From assembly GCA_025594325.1 (NCBI GenBank), contig JANHCV010000001.1, positions 2,790,001-2,854,000 of the forward strand: a stretch of 64,000 bases of DNA, in the 5' to 3' direction. Position 1 is the first letter of the stretch. Each line of letters starts with the position of its first letter. Below are positions 10,786 to 22,124 of this stretch, piece after piece. Source of the DNA: Blastocladiella emersonii ATCC 22665. Lineage: Eukaryota; Fungi; Blastocladiomycota. The notes below the pieces were generated by a model. That model was not told where the DNA came from. It saw only the letters and a program-made list of their open reading frames with translations, and ran no database searches. The position numbers and the translations under genes were made by a program.

Positions 10786-13700
10786 CTACGCGTCGCCGTA
10801 GTTGGAGCCCGCGTTGGACGCGGCCAGTTTCGGCGACGGCGAGTGGCCCGCCCCGCGGTGAGGCGGCTGCTGCTGCTGCTGGTAGTGCTGCTGCGACTGC
10901 TGGTAGTGCTGCTGCTGCGGCTGGTACTGCTGCGACTGGTACTGCTGCTGCGCCTGCGGCTGGTGGTAGTGCTGCTGCTGCTGCTGCGAGTAATGGTGCT
11001 GCTGCGAGTACCCGCCGCCGCCGCCGCCGAGCGTGTGCGGGCCAGGACCCGTGGGCGAACCCGCGGGCGACTGCTGGTGGAACGGCTGGTGCTGGCTCGG
11101 GGCGTAGTGGGTGCCGGGGGCGGGCATCTGGTGGTGCGCGGCGAGGGCGGCCATCTCGAGCGCCGGGTCAGGGATACCGCTGGCGTGCGTGGGCGACATG
11201 CCGCCGCCAAAGTGGCCGGCGTACGGCGCCTTGTGGATCGCCGACACGGCGCACATCCAGATGCGCGTCTTGTAGATCTTGAACAGGTCGCGGACGAGCT
11301 CGCGGAAGTCGATGCGGCGGTCGGCGAGGAAAAAGTAGGTGAGCTTGCGGCGGTCCCACTGGTACTCGGCGTCGACGACCTGCATCGGCAGCTTCTTCTG
11401 CCGCACCTTGGTCTGGCACACGGCGAGCGCCTTGGACTCGTCCTGCATCTTGGTCATGAGGATCTGCACCTCGTGCGGCTCGGCCAGCCGGTAGATGCGC
11501 TTCGGGTGGATCTCGCGGTTGACGCGGTGCAGCTCGGCCAGCGCGTCCGACTGCTGCGCCTGCAGCATGTGGATCTGGTGCGGCGTGATCGAGTTGTTGA
11601 CCACCTTGCCGAGGTCCTTGCCGCGGTCCGCCTCGACGATCACCAGGTCACCCTTGTTGATCGGGACCCCCGTGTTGGCCTCGTCGACGAAATAGTAGAT
11701 GTCGGACCGGCCCGCCTTGAACTCGACAATGTACAGCGTCGTCGTCGACGGCAGCACGTGCAGCGGGATCCCGCGCCCGACCTCGTTGAACGTGGCCGTG
11801 GGCGGCGACGTGGTGGGGCTGAGCCCGAGCTGCTGCGCGTGCGCGTGGCTGGTGCTGGCGCGGCGGCTCATGTTGCCCGGGCCGGGGAGCGGACCGAACC
11901 CGGGGGACGCGCCGTGGTGGTGGTTGTTGCCGTGGTGGTGGTTGTTGCCGTGGTGCGGGTGGTGCGACGCGCCGCCGCTCGGGCTGCCGAGGTGCTGCGC
12001 GTCCTGGCGCGCGTAGTAGTCGTCGAGGTCGTGCAGCATGCCGTTGTACCCGGCGGCCTCGACCGCCGCGTCCTGCTCGTCAATCGACAGCGACGCAAGC
12101 GCCTCGGACAGGTACCGGCCGGGCGGGTGGTACGCGCCAGCGACCGAGTGGCGACGCGGGCTCATGTGGTCGAGAGCGATCGGGCGGCTACACGGTGGTG
12201 ATGCGAGTGAGACACGGCCGCTCAATGAGACACGAGCAGAGTTCAAGCCGTACCGGTGGATCGGAGCAGCGACGTGCTCGTAGTCGCCGGCCGACATGGT
12301 GGGCGAGACCGAGAACCGGCGCTGGTTGCACAGGCGGTCGATGCGGTCGGGCGACGAGGGGAGCGACGTGTAGGGCATCGGGCCGGGCCCGCCGGGCTGA
12401 TGCATGTGGCCCATGAGGTGGTGCATGCCTGGGTGCGACTGGGGCGACGCGTCGCCGGTTGAGCCCCACGGCGGCGTCGGGTACGAGAAGGTCGACGAGC
12501 GGCGGTGCGGGAGCATGGACGCGGGCGAGCCGGGACCCGAGGTGGCGGCCGAGCCGGGCATGCTCATGTGCGGGTGCATCCCGCCGCCGTTGTGGTACTG
12601 CTGCTGCTGCTGGTGGTGGTGCATCGGACCGGGGCCGTACTGGTGCGACTGCTGCGCCTGTTGCGCCTGCTGCTGCTGTTGCTGCGACGACTGCTGGCCG
12701 GCCTGGACGCGGCCCCAGATGGACGAGATGTCTCCGGGCTCCTCGGGGGCGTGGTACTCGCGCACCTTCTGCAGGACGGGGTCGTAGGTCGAGATGGACT
12801 TTGAGCGGCCGCGGAGCTTGGACGGCACGGCGAACTGGTCGTACTCCTCATCCTCGCCCTCGGGGCCGGCGGGGTACTCGCCCTGCTCAGCCTGCTGCTG
12901 CTGCTGCTGGGCTTGCTGCTGCTGCTGCATGGACGGCTGCGGGTACTGGAAGCGGTGGACGGCGTGCTGCTGGGCGTGGTGCATGGCGGCGACGCGCTCC
13001 TCCTCCTTGTGGGCCATCTTGCGGGCGGCAATGTTCATGAGCTCGGCGGCGTGCGACGACATGTAGCTGGCGCGGCGCGGGCCGGCGCCGGCGCCGGCGC
13101 CCGAGGGCGGGCCGACGAGGGGCTGGTGGTCGGGCGAGTTGCCGCCCGTGGTGCGGTCGATGAAGACGCCGCCGGCGGCGCTGGGCGGGCCCGAGTGGGC
13201 CGTCTCGGGGGACCACGTCGGCGGGTTCGAGTGCAGGCTGGCGGCGGATCCGCGGCGCACGCGCGAGCTGCTCGACGCGTGCCACGCCATGCCGAGGGCC
13301 GAAGTCGGGCTCGGCGGGGCGAGGGCGCCCGGACCGGCGGCGTACGCGAGGCGCGGCGAGGTGCCGGTGCCGACGGCGGCGGCGTGCGACTGGTGGGCGC
13401 CGGCCGAGGGCGGCGACGCGGCGCGGGTCGCGGGCATGGCAACCACCTCGTCGTTTACGTTGGAGACGGAGACGCGGCTGCGGTTGGGGCTGTTGGAGCT
13501 GGACCGCGCGCGGGAGCGGGAGCGCGAGCGACTATGACTGCGCGAGCGGCTCGTACTACGGCCGGCGGCGGCGGCGGCGGCGGGCGCCGATCCGTTGTCG
13601 TTGGCGTCGCCAGCGCCGTTGGCGGCGGCAGCGACAGTCGTCGGGGCGGTCATGGGCTTGGTGCTGGGGGACGCGACGGGCGTCGACTTGGCCGAGGTCT

Positions 13701-13830
13701 TGATGATGGCGACGGCGCGCTTGGGCGGGGCGTTGGCGTTGTCGGCCGCGGCAGCAGCGAGAGCGGCAGCGGCGGCGGCGGCGTAGCTCCCACGACGGCC
13801 GGTCGGGCCAGCGGGCGGTGGTGCCGACAT
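10786..13830 (-). CDS. PSP1 C-terminal domain protein with long disordered poly-Q/H regions
   Basis: IVEFKAGR...GDLVIVEADRGKDLGKV...KLPMQVVDAEYQWDRRKLTYFFLADRRIDFRELVRDLFKIYKTRIWMC, typical of fungal PSP1/YLR177W-like proteins. One 66-nt intron at 12188-12253. Confidence 0.88.
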   Translation of the reverse strand: MSAPPPAGPTGRRGSYAAAAAAALAAAAADNANAPPKRAVAIIKTSAKSTPVASPSTKPMTAPTTVAAAANGAGDANDNGSAPAAAAAAGRSTSRSRSHSRSRSRSRARSSSNSPNRSRVSVSNVNDEVVAMPATRAASPPSAGAHQSHAAAVGTGTSPRLAYAAGPGALAPPSPTSALGMAWHASSSSRVRRGSAASLHSNPPTWSPETAHSGPPSAAGGVFIDRTTGGNSPDHQPLVGPPSGAGAGAGPRRASYMSSHAAELMNIAARKMAHKEEERVAAMHHAQQHAVHRFQYPQPSMQQQQQAQQQQQQAEQGEYPAGPEGEDEEYDQFAVPSKLRGRSKSISTYDPVLQKVREYHAPEEPGDISSIWGRVQAGQQSSQQQQQQAQQAQQSHQYGPGPMHHHQQQQQYHNGGGMHPHMSMPGSAATSGPGSPASMLPHRRSSTFSYPTPPWGSTGDASPQSHPGMHHLMGHMHQPGGPGPMPYTSLPSSPDRIDRLCNQRRFSVSPTMSAGDYEHVAAPIHRYGLNSARVSLSGRVSLASPPCSRPIALDHMSPRRHSVAGAYHPPGRYLSEALASLSIDEQDAAVEAAGYNGMLHDLDDYYARQDAQHLGSPSGGASHHPHHGNNHHHGNNHHHGASPGFGPLPGPGNMSRRASTSHAHAQQLGLSPTTSPPTATFNEVGRGIPLHVLPSTTTLYIVEFKAGRSDIYYFVDEANTGVPINKGDLVIVEADRGKDLGKVVNNSITPHQIHMLQAQQSDALAELHRVNREIHPKRIYRLAEPHEVQILMTKMQDESKALAVCQTKVRQKKLPMQVVDAEYQWDRRKLTYFFLADRRIDFRELVRDLFKIYKTRIWMCAVSAIHKAPYAGHFGGGMSPTHASGIPDPALEMAALAAHHQMPAPGTHYAPSQHQPFHQQSPAGSPTGPGPHTLGGGGGGYSQQHHYSQQQQQHYHQPQAQQQYQSQQYQPQQQHYQQSQQHYQQQQQPPHRGAGHSPSPKLAASNAGSNYGDA

Positions 13831-14687
13831 GGCGCGTCAGCACAGGGGCGGTTGGAGCAGCTGCGCCAGCGGGCGGGTTCCAGAGATCAGAGGAGGGCGG
13901 GCGCGGTTGGGTCGGTCGGCAGTGCAAGCCACGCGTCGCTGACGTGTCGCCGCGTGTCGCGAGGATGGAGTCGGGCTAGCGGGCGCCTTGGCGGAGCGGC
14001 GGCGGGACGGCGGTCTACACGCGGGCGAGGTCGGCGGCGGAGTGAGCAGGGAGGGCGTGCACAGCAGCAGGTCGGGTCGCCTGCCGATCGCGTCGCGGGC
14101 GCGTGGAGCGGGTCGGGCGGTGGATGGCGGTGCATCCCTGGGCCGGACGCGCCGGACGCCTGCCCAACGACGCCCCACGCGCTGCATCATCGCGGCCGGT
14201 CGGCACCGTGCGGGAAGGAGGATGGCGTACGCTGTGAGTTGCACCAAGTCGCGGCTCGCGGGGATCGGGTCGACGCGACGCTGCAGGAGAGGGCAGCGGA
14301 GCGGGCGAGCGCAGCAAGGTTTCTGCGCGCGGGCGCTCGTCGGGTCGGGTCCGTGTGATACGTGGCGCGGATCAAAGCGAACAGCCGTTGCTGTACTTCT
14401 TGACGGAACGGATTAGCAGTCTGTGCTGTGCTGGGGGAGAGAGGGAGCCGGGCGCGAGAGCGGAGGCCGGTGGGAACGGCGGGGCAGGCGGCTGTGAACG
14501 TCGCGACCGCCGGCGTGCTCCTTCTCTCTCCGCCGCCGCCGCCGCTGTATCGTATCGCATTTGCGCGGCTTAGAATGTTGAAGAATGTGACTATGAATAG
14601 AATAAGCTCTCTTGCTCCTATATATGTTCGACCTCTACATCGTGCTCGGCCACGGCCCTCAGCCGCCGGCGTACACGGCCGCTCGTA

Positions 14688-17600
14688 TCACAGCTGGTCG
14701 GCGATGCTGCGCCGGAGCTCGGCCACGGACCCGGGCGTGCCGTCCCCGGGCGGGGCGCCCTCGGGCGCAGGGCCCGACCGCCGCCCGCCCGTCTGCAGCA
14801 TCCACACCGAGTGGTAGAAGCGCGAGATGAGCGAGGAGATGGTCACCTGCCGCTGGGCCACGTCGACGCCCTCGAGCAGGAACTCGAGCTTGTCCATCCA
14901 CCGCTCGGCCACGCGCGGCGCCACCCCGCGCCGGTACGCCAGCCGGCACGCCAGCGCGTCTGAATGCGGCGACACCTCGACCGCCGTCAGATCCAGGTCC
15001 GGGTAGCTGTAGTCGGTGCTCGACGACCACTCCTTGACCAGGTGCGGGTCGCCCGCGCTCATGATGTTGCTCGGCTCGGGTACCGCGGGAGCGGGCGTCG
15101 TCGGTGAGGATGCAGTTGCAGCGTCAGGTGCTGCTGAGCCGTCAGAGGCCGCGCCGTCCGTCGAGGACGCCGCGTTGTCACCTTGACCCACGGCCTGGAT
15201 CGCCGGCTGCGGCGACGGCTGCTGGAGCGCCGACGGTGGGATCAGCGCGTCGAGCGGGTCCTGCTCGAGGAGCACCGCGGGCCCGACGCCGTGGCCGGCG
15301 AGGAACTTGGCGTGCGCGTGGCTCACGTACTCGAACACCACCATGGGCCGGTACGCGTTGCCCTGCACCCAGTCGCCGTCGAGCTCGCGCGCGTCCTGCT
15401 TCTCGGCCACGTCGCGGTCAATCTGCGCGTACAGGGCCTCGTCGCTCACGTACTGCGCGCGCTCGTCGGCCGCGCGCGCCTCCTTGGCCACGCGCGCCAC
15501 AAAGACGTGCAGCGGGCACGCGAGGTCGCGCAGGTCCATGCGCAGCGGCACCGTGACCGTGAGCCCGGGCCCGACCGCCACGCCCTTGGCGACGCGCGCG
15601 TGCCGCAGGCTGACGCGGTACCCGATCACAAACACGTCCATGCCCGTGACGTGCTTGACCAGGATCGCGAACATGGCCAGCAGCACGTGGCCCGTCTTGT
15701 CGTCGTCGTCGTCGTCGCCCTTCTCGCGGCAGTACTCGCGCGCGTACCGCGCCAGCGCCTGCACGATGCCGCGCCGCGGCGTGAAGGGGAGCGACAGCGG
15801 GAGCGGGACCGACGCCCACAGGTCTGTCATGGACGAGTACGGCGTGCGGCCGTCGCCGAGCCGCGCGTCGAGGCACGCGCTCGGTGTCAGCGTGAAGACG
15901 AGCGGCGGGTGCACCAGGTTCTTGTACTGCAGGTGAACATGGGCGAGCCGGTCGACGTCGGCCATGCTCGACTTGAGCAGCGCGCGCTGCGTCGTGACCT
16001 CGCGCCGCAGCCGCAGCGTCTTCTTCTCGAGGTCGTACTTGAGCTTGGCGTGCTCCTGGATCCCGTCCTTGATGCGGTTGCGCACGTGCTCGATGAGCGC
16101 CAGCACCTTGCGCTTCTCGCGGCCGACGATCCCGTACGCCTGCATCACCTCGGACTCGGTCAGCTCGGCAAACACCTCGATGGCGAGCGCCTCGAGCTTG
16201 ACCGAGACGGTCGGGTCGACGCCCTGCCGGTCGAGCAGCCCGCGCAGGCCCGCCACGGGGACCCCCGACCCGCCGTCGCTCAGGATGCTGCGGTACACGG
16301 TCTCGCGGACCTCCTCGGTCATCTCGAGCACGCCGCCGTGGTCGTCGCGGATCACCGTCACCTTGCCCGACGCCGCCGCCACGGACGCTGCCGCCGCGAG
16401 CTTGGCGTGCGCGGCCTCGACCTGCGACAGGTCCATTTCGAGCCCAGCGATCCGCGTGATGATCGACTGGATCTGCCGCTCCTTGGCGCGCCGCTCGCCC
16501 TCGAGCCGCGCCATCTCCTTCTCGAGGTGCGCCTTGCGCGACAGGTCGACGTACTCCTGGCGCGACTCGAACACCTGCGCCTTGAACCCGACAATGGCCG
16601 CGTCGCGCTTGGCCGCGCCCGAGCTCGTCGACAGCGCCGCGGCCTCGTCCTCGGCGAAATCAACAAAGTCCATGCTCGGCCGCGCGCACACCACGGGGAA
16701 CTCGCGCTCGCACGCCCACCGCTTGGCTTCGCTCATGCCCGTGATGGCCGTCGGCGGGATCGCCGCCCACGACGCGGCCGCGAACCCGCGCGTCACTGCC
16801 ATGGTGTAGGTGCGCCAGCCGAGCGCGACGAGGAGGTCGGCCGACCGCGCGTCGCCGATGAGCGGCGACACCACGGCGTACACGCGCGTCTCGCCCGGCT
16901 GCTGCGAGTGCAGGAACACGCGCCAGCCCTGGCCGATCTGCGCGCGCGCCGGCCCGCCGCTCGAGGACATGCCCGACGCCGCGTCCTGCACTATGACCAG
17001 CGCGTCGTCCGGGTCGAGCCCCGTCGGCAGCACGCGGACCTGCGGGTCGTTGCGCGTGATGGCCGCGGCCGAGGCCACGGCGCCCGCAGCCTGCAGCGGC
17101 GGCGGCACCTGCACGCACGCGTCCACATCGGCGTCGACGATACGCGAGTTGCGGTCGAGCGCGCTGTGGAAGATGCGGTGCGCGCGCGCCGCGCGGCCCA
17201 GGGAGGACGCCAGCAGCTCCATGTGGATCGTCGGGCTCGTGATCCGGAACGCCGCGATGTGCACGGGCAGCGCGCGGCCCGTCGGGTTCGGGTGGTTCTC
17301 GTCGGCCGCGGGGAACTGGCACGAGTACAGGTACTGCTGGTGGAACGTCGGCGGGTACACGACCCGGTCGTACATGTCGGGCGGGTCGTCGCGCGCGCCC
17401 AGCGGGTACGGCGAGTCGTCGTGCTCGAGCTGCTCGACCGACGGCTTCTTGGTCAGGGCGGCCGGAGCCGCCGGTGCACCAGTGGTCGAGCTGCCGTCGC
17501 CGGGTGTGGTCGGACTCGCACCAGAATCTTGAGCGCTTGAAGGCTCCGCGGCGACGGCGCTCATCGAGGCGCCAGCGTTCCCCGCCGACGCTGGACGAGA

Positions 17601-19329
17601 GGACGTTTCGAGACCGAGAGCCGTGGCCGCGACCGCTGTGCCGTCGGCCTGCTGTATCCCGCCGTGCTCGGACCCGACGTGCTCTTGATCGTGGGACTGA
17701 ATACAATGCAATCGTCAGCAGACAGTCGATCCACGCTCGCAAAAGTAAACGTACGAGTAGACCGCTCTGGCTTCCGCCGAGGAACCGAACCGACTTGGAC
17801 ATCTGGCCCGTCGACCCACCGCCCCCACCCTCGCCATCCACGGGCGACTTGGTGCCCGACTTGCCCGGCGAGGCCACCGAGTCGAGCGACTTGGTCACGA
17901 ACGGGACAATCGGCGATCCCTCGCGCTTGACCGACCCGCGACGCTGCCGGCCGCCGTCTGCCCCCGTTCCCGGCGCCTTGAGCGACGACCGCCGGCTACG
18001 CGATCCCGTCACCACGAGGCTGGACATGGACGTCGCCGAGCGACTGCTCGAAGTCGGCTGCGGCGTCTTGTTGTTGTTGCTCCGCGCCCGCGCATCGCCC
18101 GGCTGCGGGAGCACCGCGTGCGCGTTGCGCGTGATCGGCGCGGCGCTCACGGCGTGGACCGACGACGACGACGGCGGGCGCACGGGCAGCGGGCTCTGGT
18201 CGCCGAGCATCGCGCGCGTGTTGGCCGGGTGCGGGAGCAGCTTGACCGTGGTCGCGACGGGCGTCAGGAACCCGCTGCGGCCGCGCCCGCGGTCCTCGTC
18301 CGTGTCGCTCCCGCCGTCACCGTCCCGCCCGCTGCGGCTCGAGCTGCTGTCGTTGCTCCCGTGCCGCTGGTGCTGGTGCTGGTGCAGCCGCTGCTGCTGT
18401 TGCTGGACGTGCGCGGCGACCGCGGCGCGCAGCTGGTCCTCGACGAGCGCCGAGGTGGCCGCCGCAACGAGCCGCTGCGGGAGCGCCGACTCGTGGCTGC
18501 TGTGGACCTCGTGCCGGGAGCCCGCCGGCGGGACGGCGTGCAGGCTCGACCCCGCGACGGCCATGGCGACCTCGCGGTCGAGCTCGACGAGCTGTGCGTC
18601 GTCCATGGCCGAGTCCGGGTCGCCGATCCGGTCGCCCGGCGACCACCCGAGCGGCCGCGTCACGCTGCCGCGCCGGCTCCGGTTCGGCGTGACCGCCGAG
18701 TGGTGGTGCGTCGTCGGCGTTTTGGTCCCGGCACTGCGTTTCGCGTCCGGGACAATCGACGCGCGCCGCGGGGCTCCGCTAGCCGCACCGCCGCCGACCC
18801 GCGTCGCCGTGAGCGCGTCGAGACTACGCGCGAGCGACGGCTGCATGCGGCGCGCCTGGCGCACGCTGTCTGGGAGGTTGCTGGACGGCGGCGCCTGCGC
18901 GACGGGCGGGAGCGACTCGCCGGGGAGCGGCGCCGGGAGCTCGTGCGACGCCGACTCGGGGCGGTGGTGGTGGTGGTAGCCGTGGCCCGCGACGGGCGGG
19001 GACGAGATGCTCGCACGGTGATACCGGCCGCCGCCGCCGCCGTGCGCGGACACGGGCGGGACGACGGGGCGCCGCGGACCGACTTGATTGGAGCCGACGG
19101 CGACCGAGCCCAGGCTGCGCCGGATGTCGCCGCGCTCCTCGGCGCCCTTGGGCAGGCCCTTCCAGAACGGCTGGGCCTGCTGCGGCGGCGGCGCGGGCCG
19201 GTTCGGGTCGTCGAGCCGGTGCAGCGACGTGAGCGACTGGTGGACCTTGGTGCGCTGCGTCGTGAGCCCGTCGCGGTACCGCTGGCCGCCGACGGGGGCG
19301 CCCGTGTGGGCGTTGTGGTGTGAGCTCAT
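14688..19329 (-). CDS. Large protein (~1500 aa): disordered N-terminus + degenerate NRPS condensation-like domain interrupted by a coiled-coil/SAM-like insert
   Basis: ATG at 19329 (MSSHHNAH). A 58-nt intron at 17697-17754 joins two ORFs in frame. C-domain-like motifs: YPPTFHQQYLY, ARAHRIFHS, SPLIGDARS, FVDFAEDE, LLAMFAILVKHVTGMDVFVIG, TVTVPLRMDL, LAYRRG. Confidence 0.7.
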
Positions 19330-19576
19330 TGCATGGGTGCGCGAGTGCTGGTTGTGGATTTCGACAAGTTGAAGTCTGCGGTTTCGACCAGGGAGGTTAC
19401 ATGATGCGGATAGCAAGACGAGACGCGTTGGTGGACCCCTGAAACGCAGCGACGCGTCGCGTCGTGTCGCGGCGGTGCGAGACACGCGTCGCGAAATCAG
19501 CTGAGACGTCACGCGGATATGAACTTCGAAAAATGGACAAATATACGCAAACTATGACATCTGACACAAATGTAGC

Positions 19577-21127
19577 TTACTTGGGGATGGCGTGCTTGGC
19601 CTTGTGCATCAGCCAGATAGCCGACGACAGCAGGGCGAGGGAGCCGCCCTGGTGCGCGGCGGCCAGCTCGATCGGGATAAAGTAGAGGAGCGTGGTGATG
19701 CCGAGCGTGGCCTGGGCCAGGGCGAAACCCATGACGCCGTGCGCGGCGAGCTGGACCGGCTTGGGCAGCGGGAGGCGGCGGCTCGCGACCCACATGGCCG
19801 ACACGCTGGCCAGCGTGGTGTAGGCGAGGAGGCGGTGGTCGAGCTGCACCGTCACGGGGTTCTCGAAGATGTTCTTCCACCGCTGGTCCTGGAACAGCAT
19901 CAGCGGGGTCACCGTCTCGTTGGGGTCGACGGGCGCCATGGTCGCGTTGCCGTTGATGGACGTCTTCTGGATGCGGCGGAACAGCTCCGACGACGGCGGG
20001 ATGAACGAGTCGCCCACCAGCGGCCACGTGTTGTAGACGAGACCCGCGTCGAGGCCGGCGACAAAGGCGCCCGACAGCGCCGTGATGAAGACGAGGCCAG
20101 CGACGCCGTGGACGCTGCGCGCAAACTTGCGGCACTTGGCGAGGATCTCGGGGGCGAGCTGCGACACGGCGGCGCGCTCCGCGTTGACGCCGTTGTTGGT
20201 GATGCCCGTGTTCCACTTGCCGAGGACCTGGAGGCCGTTCCAGAGCGAGATGACGTAGATGACAAAGGCCGAGCCGAGGTGCGCGGCGAGGCGGTACTGC
20301 GAGACGCGCGGGGTCGCGTTGGCGTGGTCGAGAATGTCGTTCTCGAGCCCAGACTTGACCATGTACCAGCCGAGCGCGCCCTGGAAGCCGACGAGGACGC
20401 AGCAGGTCCAGGCGGCCTTGGTCACGCCGGGCGACATCCAGCGCGCGGCGACGGCCGGGTTGGCGGTCGAGGTGCCGAGGGCCTTGGCGATGCGGGCCGC
20501 CGAGGGACGGGTGAACGTGAAGTAGAGCGCGGGGACCAGGAAGACCATGCCGATGGTGCGGCCGAGGTTGCGGTGCAGCCACTCCCAGTAGAAGATGTTC
20601 TTGAACTCGCCGAGCGTGATCGAGTGGTTGAGCAGCTTGTACTCGGGCGACTCCTTGTACTTGTTGAACTCGACCTCCCATGCCTCGGCCGACGACGGCC
20701 ACGCCATGCCGCGAACCACGTTCCACTCGGTGATGGACAGCCCGCTCTCGGTCAGCCGCGTGATGCCGCCGACCACCACGATGGTGAAGACCAGTGACGA
20801 CGAGAACAGAAACCACTTGCCGATGATCGGGTGGCTCAGCGGCTCGACGGCAGCCGCCGACTCGCCCGCGGTGGAGGCGGTCCCCGACGAGAACCGGGCA
20901 CGCTGGCCCCAGCGCTGGGCAAACTGGCGCATGCGGCTGGCCGCGCCGGCGCGCATGGACGAGAAGGACGCGGCAGCGGCCGTCGCCTTGGTCGACATGC
21001 GAGTGGCGGGGGCCGCGGTAGTGGGGGCCGAGCGCAGGGCAACCTTGATGGCCGGGCGGGCCGTGGCCGCGGCGTGGCGGAGGCACCGCGCGCCCGTTGC
21101 CCCGACGGGCAGGGCGAAGCGTAGCAT
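19577..21127 (-). CDS. COX15: Heme A synthase
   Basis: VVGGITRLTESGLSITEW, FYWEWLHR, SQYRLAAHL, GAFVAGLDAG, QLDHR and AAAHQ; the four heme-related His are present. Mitochondrial presequence; intronless. Confidence 0.96.
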   Translation of the reverse strand: MLRFALPVGATGARCLRHAAATARPAIKVALRSAPTTAAPATRMSTKATAAAASFSSMRAGAASRMRQFAQRWGQRARFSSGTASTAGESAAAVEPLSHPIIGKWFLFSSSLVFTIVVVGGITRLTESGLSITEWNVVRGMAWPSSAEAWEVEFNKYKESPEYKLLNHSITLGEFKNIFYWEWLHRNLGRTIGMVFLVPALYFTFTRPSAARIAKALGTSTANPAVAARWMSPGVTKAAWTCCVLVGFQGALGWYMVKSGLENDILDHANATPRVSQYRLAAHLGSAFVIYVISLWNGLQVLGKWNTGITNNGVNAERAAVSQLAPEILAKCRKFARSVHGVAGLVFITALSGAFVAGLDAGLVYNTWPLVGDSFIPPSSELFRRIQKTSINGNATMAPVDPNETVTPLMLFQDQRWKNIFENPVTVQLDHRLLAYTTLASVSAMWVASRRLPLPKPVQLAAHGVMGFALAQATLGITTLLYFIPIELAAAHQGGSLALLSSAIWLMHKAKHAIPK

Positions 21128-21340
21128 GGTGTTGATACGTGGAGGGCCGCGCGATGGGCTTCTGTGGAGAGAGAGAGGATGTTGTTGATCTGGCAGAAAA
21201 CTTAAGCTCGGTCAGGACGCCGATCGCTCGGCGCCGGCGTCGAGGCGAGCTTGAGCCGCACGCACGTGCGAGTCTCTCGCGTCCCTTCGCGCCCACCTCC
21301 CATGAAAGCTGTTGCTTGAGCACGGAACCTACTTGCTGCA

Positions 21341-22071
21341 ATGTCAAACAAGGCCTCCTCCAAGTCGAACCCCGTCGTCTTCCTCGACGTTTCGATCGGT
21401 GGCCAGGCCGTCGGCCGGATGAAGTTTGAGCTGTTCGCCGAGACTGTATGACCATCATTGTTTCCACGGCACGGAGTTCACGAGTGCTTACATGGCCGCG
21501 CATTCGACCAGTGCCCACGGACGGCAGAGAACTTCCGCCAGTTTTGCACCGGCGAGCATCGGTAAGTGACTCTCGTACCGCGAACCACGCGCGAGCTCTC
21601 ACTGATGCGATCCGTGGAGGTAGACGTGACGGACAGCCGATTGGGTACAAGGGCGCGACGTTCCATCGGTACGATCTCCCACCGCGACCGCTATTCCTTC
21701 GTAGCACGCTCACGGTGACCCCTGCCTTTAGAATCATCAAGGATTTCATGGTCCAGGGCGGCGACTTTGTCAAGGGCGACGGCACCGGGCGCACCTGCAT
21801 CTACCAGGGCGATGTGTTCGAGGACGAGAACTTCATCCACAAGCACGACGGCCCCGGCCTCCTGTCCATGGCTAACTCGGGCGCCAACACGAACGGCTGC
21901 CAGTTCTTCATCACCTGCTCCAGCGGCGCCGAGTTCTTGGACGGCAAGCACGTCGTGTTCGGCAAGCTCATCGACGGTCTGCTGACGCTGCGCAAAATCG
22001 AGGATGTCGTGACTGGGCCCAACAACCGCCCCCGGCTGCCCGTCGTGATCACCGAGTGCGGAGAAATGTAA
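21341..22071 (+). CDS. PPIH: Cyclophilin H-type peptidyl-prolyl isomerase
   Basis: [12 protein letters not shown]...[15 protein letters not shown]...[32 protein letters not shown]...ITECGEM. Three GT-AG introns. Confidence 0.9.
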
Positions 22072-22124
22072 GCGGTGAGTGGATTATTCTATAAGCTACT
22101 GTACATGGTTCACACGACCTCCGC

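Noticed and set aside
14688-21127. NRPS or secondary-metabolite gene cluster
   Set aside because: There are no adenylation, PCP or thioesterase domains, and the neighbours are housekeeping genes (PSP1, COX15).
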